Assembly: GCA_017560085.1 (NCBI GenBank) | Contig: JAFYPA010000075.1 | Location: 86-64,085, forward strand | Direction of reading: 5' to 3' | Length of the DNA stretch: 64,000 nt | Source: Clostridia bacterium | GTDB taxonomy: Bacteria; Bacillota; Clostridia; Oscillospirales; CAG-382 | Part shown: positions 47,857 through 55,734 of the stretch, in pieces | How the letters are laid out: each line of letters begins with the position of its first letter | Position numbering within the stretch: the first letter of the stretch is position 1 | Notes under the pieces: model-generated | What the model saw: only the letters and a program-made list of their open reading frames with translations | Databases searched by the model: none | Told to the model about the DNA's origin: nothing | Translations under genes and position numbers: made by a program

Positions 47857-49572
47857 ATGAACATATATGAAATAAGAGACGAAATGCTGAAAAGGCGCAC
47901 GAGAATTTCTGACTATAAGCTCCGTGTGGTTTATTACGCCCGTGTGTCAACGGACAAAATGGATCAGAGACATTCGCTGGAGGCGCAGAAAAGCCACTTT
48001 GAGGATATGATGAAGCACTACCCCAACTGGACTTTTATCCGTGGCTACGTTGACGAGGGACTCACTGGAACAAGTGTTGACAAGCGTGACAGCTTCCGTG
48101 AGATGATCCGTGATGCTCAGAAAGGCAACTTTGACCTCATCTGCACAAAGGAGGTATCAAGATTTGCAAGAAATACGCTTGATGCAATTTCGTATGCGAG
48201 AAATCTCATAAATTACGGTGTTGCGATATACTTCGAGTTCGACAACCTCTGCACCGCAGATGCCGACTGCGAGGTAAGACTTGTACAGATGGCGAGCCAG
48301 GCACAGGAGGAATCAAGAAAGACGTCGGAGCGACTGAAATTCGGTTTTTGCGAAGCCGTGAAGAAGGGCTCTGTTCTTGGTAACAACAATATCTGGGGCT
48401 ACTGCAAGGACGGTGGCAAGCTTGTTATCGTTCCCGAGGAAGCGGAAATGGTGCGTAAAATATACGATATGTACGTCAGCGAAAGCATCGGTATCAGAGC
48501 CATCGCAAAGGCTGTTTCCGAAATGGGGTACAGGAACAGCAAAGAAAATCCGTTTACGTTTTCCACTATCAAGGGAATAATTACAAATCCCAAATACAAG
48601 GGCTTCTATTGCGGTAACAAAACTCATACGGTGGATTTTTTGACAAGAAAGAAAGCAAACGTATCGCAGGACGAATGGGTGATGTTTGAGGATTACGAAA
48701 AGGTACCGCCCATTGTGTCTGCGGATATCTGGGACAGGGCAAACGAGAAGTTCAAAGCAAGGTCTGAAAGTATGAAAAGCGAAGCGGGAACGAGCTATCA
48801 TAACAAGTACCTCTATTCGGGAAAGCTGGTCTGCAAAGAGCATAACGTCTGCTATCATCACACCACCTACAAATATAAGTCGGGCAACAAGGAGCTCTGG
48901 GCTTGCAGGGAATACGGCAACGGCAACAAGTGCAGAAATCCAATCGTGTACACAACCGAAATGGATGCGGTGATGAAGGAAATTTACGGCAAAATCGTCT
49001 GCGGGAAGACCGCCATTATAAACGACCTTATCGAGCTTTACAAGGAATGCGGAGGCACAAAGGCGATTACCGATTCAAGACACAGAGTGCAGTCGGACAT
49101 AAATGGCATTCTCGCCAAAAAGGACAAGCTTTTTGACCTGCTTATGGATGACAGAATCACGAAGGACGAATTCCAGCAGAGAAACAACGACTTCAACAGT
49201 AAGCTTGAAGACTTAAAGTCAAAGCTTTCCGAGCTTGACGATGAGGAAAGAAAAAGCAAAGACCTGAAGGCATCCATCGAAAGCCTCCGTGCGAGCATAG
49301 AAAGCGAGCTTGACTACACGGACGAGCTTTCCAAAAACGTAGTTGACAGCCTTATTGAAAAAATCATAGTATCCAAGGGTGCGGAAGATAACCGCATTGA
49401 TATGAAGATTTTCTTAAAGCTTCTGCCCGACTCTCTGCAGAGCTTTTCTGAGGAAGCACAGGTTCTTACCTTCGGGGAAGGTGAGGTTTTGTGTACGAGA
49501 GGCGGAAATTCGAGAGCGGTGAGGGAGTATGAGGTTGTGTTTTTGTATGAGCTTTGTTACAGACTTGGATAA
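47857..49572 (+). CDS. large serine recombinase (SpoIVCA/TnpX class)
   Basis: 571 aa. Resolvase catalytic domain VVYYARVSTDKMDQ...SLEAQ...ICTKEVSRFARN. Recombinase domain, Cys zinc-ribbon (CKEHNVC...CREYGNGNKC), then a coiled coil (NSKLEDLKSKLSELDDEERKSKDLKASIESL). Confidence 0.92.
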   Translation: MNIYEIRDEMLKRRTRISDYKLRVVYYARVSTDKMDQRHSLEAQKSHFEDMMKHYPNWTFIRGYVDEGLTGTSVDKRDSFREMIRDAQKGNFDLICTKEVSRFARNTLDAISYARNLINYGVAIYFEFDNLCTADADCEVRLVQMASQAQEESRKTSERLKFGFCEAVKKGSVLGNNNIWGYCKDGGKLVIVPEEAEMVRKIYDMYVSESIGIRAIAKAVSEMGYRNSKENPFTFSTIKGIITNPKYKGFYCGNKTHTVDFLTRKKANVSQDEWVMFEDYEKVPPIVSADIWDRANEKFKARSESMKSEAGTSYHNKYLYSGKLVCKEHNVCYHHTTYKYKSGNKELWACREYGNGNKCRNPIVYTTEMDAVMKEIYGKIVCGKTAIINDLIELYKECGGTKAITDSRHRVQSDINGILAKKDKLFDLLMDDRITKDEFQQRNNDFNSKLEDLKSKLSELDDEERKSKDLKASIESLRASIESELDYTDELSKNVVDSLIEKIIVSKGAEDNRIDMKIFLKLLPDSLQSFSEEAQVLTFGEGEVLCTRGGNSRAVREYEVVFLYELCYRLG

Positions 49573-49647
49573 AAAATCAGACGGTACAGGTGGTGAAGCC
49601 TATGCCGTCTTTTTCATTATATTTGATTGTCGGTATGTCGGTAAGTA

Positions 49648-50289
49648 TTACGAAAAATTAAAATTCTTAAGCAAATCCGCAAACGGCGTAAAGGAAGAAT
49701 TCTCTTCATCCGTTGAATAATATGAGCTGAGCTTCAGCTTCGGCTCACGCTTCATCTTTGCAAAGAGCATCGCCGTGTTTTCCGCATCCACAAGACCGTC
49801 GTGAATGTTCTCGTTGAAGTCTATGTCCGCAATGACAAGTGCCTCGGAAAGGCTGTAGCTCTTGGTGGTCTCCATCTTTTCGCTGAAGGTCTCCTGACAA
49901 TCCTCCCAGCTGTCAAGGAAGTACTCAAGGTCGGGAAGGTCAATTCCCTTGAGCTCCATTTCACGGCGCATCTGATTTTCGTCGCTTACACTCCAGGACA
50001 CAAGCACCGCATCGTCGGGAAGCCAGTCGGAGAACATTTCAAGAGCCTCTCTTGTGGAGGGAGCGGCGAGAGTGTCAATCTTTGTTATTCCCGTAAGCCT
50101 TTCGATGAAGCTGTCTATCTCTCCGAATTCGGGACGGATGTATGTCTTGAATCTGTCCGCAATTTCGTATGTATCGTCAAGAAGCACAGCGCCGATTTCT
50201 ATCATTTCACAGCCTGCGGGGTACTTCTCTCTTACTGTTCCCTTGGGAACTCTGCACATTTCCAAATCTACTATTACGTATCTGCTCAT
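49648..50289 (-). CDS. DEDDh 3'-5' exonuclease (DnaQ/KapD-like)
   Basis: YVIVDLEMC (ExoI), VSWSVSDE (ExoII) and HDGLVDAENTAMLF (ExoIII with His). I place the start at MSRY (50289) behind AAGGAT. Confidence 0.8.
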   Translation of the reverse strand: MSRYVIVDLEMCRVPKGTVREKYPAGCEMIEIGAVLLDDTYEIADRFKTYIRPEFGEIDSFIERLTGITKIDTLAAPSTREALEMFSDWLPDDAVLVSWSVSDENQMRREMELKGIDLPDLEYFLDSWEDCQETFSEKMETTKSYSLSEALVIADIDFNENIHDGLVDAENTAMLFAKMKREPKLKLSSYYSTDEENSSFTPFADLLKNFNFS

Positions 50290-50478
50290 TTCGGTATCCT
50301 TCTTTAATGAATTCTTTTTAGATATTAGCATATTTGTCGTAAAATGTCAATATCGTTTTTGCTTTATGTGAAAAGTATACACCGAAATTTTCGGGTTGAT
50401 TTTTGGGGGTGAAAAATCTCCCTCCGTTGGTTGGCGGAGAGAGATAATTTTTTGTCGGACTACGGAAACAAAGCTAAT

Positions 50479-51495
50479 TTAAAGAATCTCCTTAAAAAGC
50501 TCAATGTTCTCCATACAAGGCTTAAGCTCACCCTTTTCGCACTTCTTTACTATCTCAACGATTTTATCGTTAAAGGGCGTCTTAACACCATGCTTTGCAC
50601 CGAAGGAGCATACGATTCCGTTGATTGCATCAATCTCGCAGGGCTTACCCTTCTTCAGGTCCTGAAGCATGGAGGGCTCAATGCTTCTGTGCTTCTTCAT
50701 CGCTATCGGAATAAGCATGGTCGCAAATATGCGCTTGATTGTACTCTTGTAGTAGAAAAGAGCCGTGATATTCTTGCCCTGCACGGGAGCGAATTTCACA
50801 CCTGCGGCGTGACCTACGTCAATGCATTCCTTCATGCATCTTACCGCAACTCTGCGTGCCTTTTTGTTTTCGGAAACATCACCGAATACACCGCCGACAA
50901 CTGTTCCGAGCCCTGAGAAGGTAGCGTTGATAAGAAGCTTTGACCAGCGTGCGCCGATTAAGTTCTGTTCCTCGTGTACGGGGCACATAAGCTCAAGAAG
51001 AGCCTTCACCTCGGCAAATTTTTCGTCCGTGATGCCGTCCATTTTACCCATATGGAAGGAAAGACTATCCACCTCGCTTGTGAGTGTGCATACACCGGGG
51101 GAGGTGAGAGCCGCGCCCCATTCAACAACGCATCCCATAGTACGGCATTCACCTACGATTTCGGCAATACCCGGCTCGGGAAGTCCGTTCTGAAGGGTAA
51201 CTATTACGCCGTCCTCCGCAAGGAAATCACAAAGGAAGGTTACAACCTCCTTGTTGAAAAGCTGTTTTGTAAGAAGCAGGATAACATCATATTTTCCGCT
51301 CATTTCATCGGGTGTATATGCATTGACCTCTACCGTGAAGTCGTCCGTTCCCGTTACCGTCGCACCCTTTTCCTTAAGTGCTGCGATATGCTCCTTGTTT
51401 CGGTTGATAAGGTCAATCTTACCGCCGTTTTTTGTTATATAAGCACCAAGCACGGTTCCGAGAGAGCCTGCGCCGTATATTGCATAGCGTTTCAT
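50479..51495 (-). CDS. 2-dehydropantoate 2-reductase (ApbA/PanE) family oxidoreductase
   Basis: MKRYAIYGAGSLGTVLGAYI Rossmann fold, and a C-terminal SMLQDLKKGKPCEIDAINGIV block typical of the KPR family. Confidence 0.8.
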   Translation of the reverse strand: MKRYAIYGAGSLGTVLGAYITKNGGKIDLINRNKEHIAALKEKGATVTGTDDFTVEVNAYTPDEMSGKYDVILLLTKQLFNKEVVTFLCDFLAEDGVIVTLQNGLPEPGIAEIVGECRTMGCVVEWGAALTSPGVCTLTSEVDSLSFHMGKMDGITDEKFAEVKALLELMCPVHEEQNLIGARWSKLLINATFSGLGTVVGGVFGDVSENKKARRVAVRCMKECIDVGHAAGVKFAPVQGKNITALFYYKSTIKRIFATMLIPIAMKKHRSIEPSMLQDLKKGKPCEIDAINGIVCSFGAKHGVKTPFNDKIVEIVKKCEKGELKPCMENIELFKEIL

Positions 51496-51499
51496 ATTT

Positions 51500-51943
51500 T
51501 TATTTTACCTCAACCGTGCCGTCAGCCTTAACGGTAATTTCCATACCGTCCTTAACGTATGCGAGGAACTCGTCACCGAGCGAGTCAATAACGGGCATAT
51601 TAACGCCGTCAACCCATACATCAGCGATAATCGCACCTGCCGCCGCAAGGGAGTCGATGTGTCCCGAGAAAAGCATACAAGCGGGATTCTTACCCATAGA
51701 GCAGGCACAGTAAAGAACAAGTCCGCCCGTGGTTGAGCCTATTGTCTGCGGAAGGCAAAGAGCCTTGCCTATAAGGGGCTTTCCGTGAAGCTCGCTGTTG
51801 TTCTGGTCACCGCACTTAACCTGCTTGTCGCCGAACTGAAGTGCCATCTGAAAGGATGCGAGTGTGTTGAAGCCCTGTGTTGTAACAACCGCTTCAGCGG
51901 TTACCTCGCCGGGAGTTATAACTCTGCCCTTGAATGTTTTCAT
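51500..51943 (-). CDS. aconitase X swivel-domain subunit (DUF126)
   Basis: 147 aa, GRVITPGEVTAEAVV...GKALCLPQTIGSTTGGLVL. 1-nt overlap with the DUF521 gene. Confidence 0.75.
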   Translation of the reverse strand: MKTFKGRVITPGEVTAEAVVTTQGFNTLASFQMALQFGDKQVKCGDQNNSELHGKPLIGKALCLPQTIGSTTGGLVLYCACSMGKNPACMLFSGHIDSLAAAGAIIADVWVDGVNMPVIDSLGDEFLAYVKDGMEITVKADGTVEVK

Positions 51944-53217
51944 TATTTTCTACCTCCCGTGATAATTTCGAGTATTTCCGAATCCGTGTAATATCTTGCG
52001 CTTGTATATGTACGAAGCTTGTTGGACGATGTGATAACGGGCATCTTCTTGCAAAGGGGATTGTTCATATACATAAGAGGACAGATATACGAAGTAATAA
52101 CGCCCGCATTTTTAAGTCTTGCGGCATATTCCGTCTTTTCAAATGCTTCGAGCACCTTGGGGGCGGCTGTGAATACGGTAGGAATCACGACCTTCTTGTT
52201 GCCGTTTCTTGTAAGCTCCGCTTCGATGCTTTCTGTCCAGTCCTTTAACTGCTGAAGGGAAAGGTGAGGACATCCCACAAAGCAGAGCTTCGGCTTTGCA
52301 TCGGGATTCTTCCAGATTACGGGATAGTTCTTCTGTACTCTTTCAAGCTCCGCATCGTCGATTATGTATTCCTTCGCGCCCTCTGTGATAAGACCTTCGC
52401 CCATTTCGACAGCTTCGGGTGTGAGGTTTTCGATGTGGTAAAGACCAACAGCACCGTTGGAGGCTGTAGCCGCACCGAAGTCCTTAAGGTAAGCCTTGGC
52501 GCTGTCGTTAAGCTCTGTACCAATCCACTTATCGAGACCTACAACGTAAGGAACGTCCTCCATAACCTTCATACCGATAGCCGAGCCGAGAAGCTGAGCC
52601 TCGGGCTTTTTTGTTGTCTGAATCTTAACAACCCAGGTAGCCCTTCTGCCATCGTCCGTAAGAAGTCCGAAGTAAGGAACATATCCTACGATAGAGCCCA
52701 TAATATCAATAATGCCCGAGTTTCTGTTACATCTCGCACCGAGAACGGAGTTAGCATAAACAACCGCACTTGATTCCGCCCACGAGAGGACATCGCCCTT
52801 CTGCGGGATATTGCCCATTTCGTCCATATAGCAGGTGCAGGTGAACGCATCCTTGCTCATAAGACCGAGCTTTTCAAGCTGTTTTTCATAGAAGTCCTGC
52901 TTTGTGTACATAAACTTATTGAACACAAGATTCTGCAGGAAATTCGCAGGGACATTCTTATCAAGAGGTCTCGGGTCAACAGAAAACTGCTGTTCCGAAA
53001 AAACGCCCGCATCAAGAAGCTGCTGCATCAGATCATAAACGGGAGCCATAACCTTAAGTCCGAACGAAGTAACAAGATGGTTATACTTCGAAGTAACAGG
53101 CACAAGCTTCTCAGCCTCAAACGCCTCACCATACATAACGATGGTCTTCATAACTTTAGCAAGTGTCTCACCTTTCTCTCCGTCGAGAATCGCTTGCTGT
53201 TCTTTGGTAAGTATCAT
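51943..53217 (-). CDS. aconitase X catalytic subunit (DUF521)
   Basis: 424 aa, MILTKEQQAILDGEKGETLAKVMKTIVMYGEAF. Conserved Cys residues are present (CTCYMD, GCPHLS). Confidence 0.75.
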   Translation of the reverse strand: MILTKEQQAILDGEKGETLAKVMKTIVMYGEAFEAEKLVPVTSKYNHLVTSFGLKVMAPVYDLMQQLLDAGVFSEQQFSVDPRPLDKNVPANFLQNLVFNKFMYTKQDFYEKQLEKLGLMSKDAFTCTCYMDEMGNIPQKGDVLSWAESSAVVYANSVLGARCNRNSGIIDIMGSIVGYVPYFGLLTDDGRRATWVVKIQTTKKPEAQLLGSAIGMKVMEDVPYVVGLDKWIGTELNDSAKAYLKDFGAATASNGAVGLYHIENLTPEAVEMGEGLITEGAKEYIIDDAELERVQKNYPVIWKNPDAKPKLCFVGCPHLSLQQLKDWTESIEAELTRNGNKKVVIPTVFTAAPKVLEAFEKTEYAARLKNAGVITSYICPLMYMNNPLCKKMPVITSSNKLRTYTSARYYTDSEILEIITGGRK

Positions 53218-53272
53218 AGTATATATATTCTCCTTAATCTTTATATTGGATTTGTAAGGGACAGTGGACAGT

Positions 53273-53401
53273 GGATGTTGGAAGCTTCGCTTCCTTCAAA
53301 TAAATTCAAATGAAGATTGCGGAGAATACGCAGAATTCTTTGCAATCAACCAAGACCGCTTGCGGTCATAATTGTGCATTGTGCATTGTGAATTGTGCAT
53401 T
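53273..53401. repeat. composite intergenic repeat: GGAAGCTTCGCTTCC hairpin, CCAAGACCGCTTGCGGTC hairpin, then GTGCATT x4 (one unit GTGAATT)
   Basis: Read directly. The modules are shared with 1841-1950. Confidence 0.9.
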
Positions 53402-53442
53402 CCAATTTCGCACATCACCAAGCATCACGCACTAAGTACAGC

Positions 53443-55518
53443 TTAAATCTTCATACAAACGTCCCACGCGCCCCAGATAACAGTGCGCAAATTGCCTACC
53501 TTGGAAGCATCGCCGATAATGTGAACCTTTCCGCCCTTCTTTGCAATCGGTGCGGGATTGTAGCCGACGGAGAGTATAACGGAGTCTGTGTCAATTCCGA
53601 ATTCCTTGCCGTCCTTGTCCTTGACCGTGATACCGCCGTCACGAATTTCGCAGAGGGAGGTTTCGAGATGCACCTCTACCTTGTTGGTCTTGAAGAAGTC
53701 ACGGAGATAGCTTGTGTTTGCAAGGCAGATGCCCTTGCCCGTGATAAGGTCGTCCTGCATTTCTATAATAACGGGTGTCTTGCCCTTGCGGTAGAGGTCG
53801 TATGCGATTTCACAGCCCGTAAGACCGCCGCCGATTACGGCAACCTTGTTGCCTACCTCCGCTTTTCCGAGAAGATAGTCTATCGCTTCAACGGCTGTGT
53901 CCGCACCCTTTACGGGAATCTTCTTTGCTACGGCACCCGTTGCGATTACGATTTCGTCTGCATCGAGTGTCTTTATGTCCGTAATTTCGGCACCGAGCTT
54001 TACTTCAATGGGATGCTTTGAAAGCTCTCTTATGTACCAGCTGATGAGTGCCTTGTCCTTTTCCTTGAAGTCGGGTGCTGCCGCCGCTACGAATACACCG
54101 CCGAGTCTTTCGGACTTTTCGTAAAGCGTTACCGTGTGACCTCTCTTGGAAAGGAGAATTGCCGCCTCCATACCGCCGATACCGCCGCCGATTACAGCGA
54201 CCTTCTTCTGCTTCTTTGCTTTCTTTACGCTGTACTTCTTTGACTGCATTGTTTCGGGATTGAGCGCACATCTTGCAAGTCCCATAGTGTCGGTAAGGTC
54301 CTGAGTGTTTGCGTGTCCCTTTGAGGAGGAGAAGTTGAAGCAGCCCGCGTGACAGCAGATACAGGGCTTGATTTCTTCCATTCTGTCCTCAATCATCTTT
54401 GTAATCCATTCGGGGTCGACAAGGAACTGTCTTGCAACTCCGACAGCATCTATAAGTCCGTCTGCAACAGCCCTTGCACCTACCTCCGCATCCATTCTGC
54501 CCGCACATACTACGGGAATATCAACGAATTTCTTTATGTGTGCAACATCGGCAAGGTTGCAGTTTTCAGGCATATAAACAGGGGGATGCGCCCAGTACCA
54601 GGAGTCATATGCACCGTTGTCGGCGTTGAGCATATCGTAGCCCGCATCCTGAAGATACTTTGCCGCTCTTTCGGATTCTGCCATGCTTCTTCCGACCTCG
54701 GTGTATTCCTCACCGGGCATTGCGCCCTCGCAGAAGCCCTTCATCTTGGATTCTACTGAGTAGCGGAGAGATACGGGATAGTCGCTTCCGCATTCCTTTT
54801 TGATTGCCTTTACTACCTCTGCGGCGAAGCGGTATCTGTTTTCAAAGCTTCCGCCGTAGTCGTCTGTACGCTTGTTGAAGAATTCAATTGCGAACTGGTC
54901 AAGAAGGTAGCCCTCATGCACGGCGTGAATCTCCACACCGTCTACGCCTGCGTCACGGCAGAGCTTTGCGGTCTTTGCAAACGCCTCAATAATCTCGTGA
55001 ATCTGATGGGTTGTCATTTCGGGGCAGATAATATCGTGCGCCCAGCGTGAGGGCTGAGGGCTGGGACAAGCAAGCTCGTGGCTTGTGTCGATAATGGGCT
55101 TCACAAGTGCACGGGTGAACTTATTTTTGTGAAGGGGAGCGACAAGCTCTGTGATAGCCCAGCTTCTGCCCATACCTGCGGTGAGCTGAACAAAGAGCTT
55201 TGCGCCCGTCTTATGAATTTCGTCCATAAATTCACGAAGCTCGTCGAACATCTTGGGATTCTGCCAGAGCCACTTGCCGAAGAAGGTATCACGAAGCGGA
55301 GCGATACCGGGAATGATAAGACCTACGTTGTTATTGGCACGCTCAAGAAAGAGCTTTGCGGCTTCCTTGTCGAAGTGGCAGCCGCCGATTTCGAACCAGC
55401 CGAAGAGCGATGTACCGCCCATGGGACACATTACGATTCGGTTCTTGATTTCAACGTTTCCGATTTTCCAGGGGGTAAACAGCGCCTGATATTTTTCGTT
55501 TATGGTGTTCATATCCAT
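53443..55518 (-). CDS. OYE-type NADH:flavin oxidoreductase fused to an FAD/NAD(P)-binding domain (2,4-dienoyl-CoA / enoate reductase architecture)
   Basis: 691 aa. N-terminal TIM barrel (NRIVMCPMG, HAVHEGYLLDQF), Fe-S Cys motif CICCHAGC...C, then VAVIGGGIGGMEAA and VAVIGGGLTGCE. Confidence 0.85.
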   Translation of the reverse strand: MDMNTINEKYQALFTPWKIGNVEIKNRIVMCPMGGTSLFGWFEIGGCHFDKEAAKLFLERANNNVGLIIPGIAPLRDTFFGKWLWQNPKMFDELREFMDEIHKTGAKLFVQLTAGMGRSWAITELVAPLHKNKFTRALVKPIIDTSHELACPSPQPSRWAHDIICPEMTTHQIHEIIEAFAKTAKLCRDAGVDGVEIHAVHEGYLLDQFAIEFFNKRTDDYGGSFENRYRFAAEVVKAIKKECGSDYPVSLRYSVESKMKGFCEGAMPGEEYTEVGRSMAESERAAKYLQDAGYDMLNADNGAYDSWYWAHPPVYMPENCNLADVAHIKKFVDIPVVCAGRMDAEVGARAVADGLIDAVGVARQFLVDPEWITKMIEDRMEEIKPCICCHAGCFNFSSSKGHANTQDLTDTMGLARCALNPETMQSKKYSVKKAKKQKKVAVIGGGIGGMEAAILLSKRGHTVTLYEKSERLGGVFVAAAAPDFKEKDKALISWYIRELSKHPIEVKLGAEITDIKTLDADEIVIATGAVAKKIPVKGADTAVEAIDYLLGKAEVGNKVAVIGGGLTGCEIAYDLYRKGKTPVIIEMQDDLITGKGICLANTSYLRDFFKTNKVEVHLETSLCEIRDGGITVKDKDGKEFGIDTDSVILSVGYNPAPIAKKGGKVHIIGDASKVGNLRTVIWGAWDVCMKI

Positions 55519-55734
55519 TTTTTCCTTTCGGTAAAATATGAGATTTTTGGAGGGATTGCTTTATTTTTAACAATTATAGCACGTTGTGTGCCGAATGTCA
55601 ATACGATGGATAATTTTTGGCACGGTGAGGCTGCAGAAAATTTGGTAAAAGTGTTGAAATTTGTATTCTGCGGTGTTATAATATAAAATAAGCATTTATC
55701 CACGAAATACGCCAATCAAAGGAGTACCCGAAAT

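Noticed and set aside
47284-50480. A second pair of att sites immediately flanking the recombinase cassette (a nested small element)
   Set aside because: I scanned the AT-rich flanks by eye and found no copy of ATACATATGA plus CACTTCTGTTTGCT-like arms. The scan was not exhaustive, and a computational search is needed.
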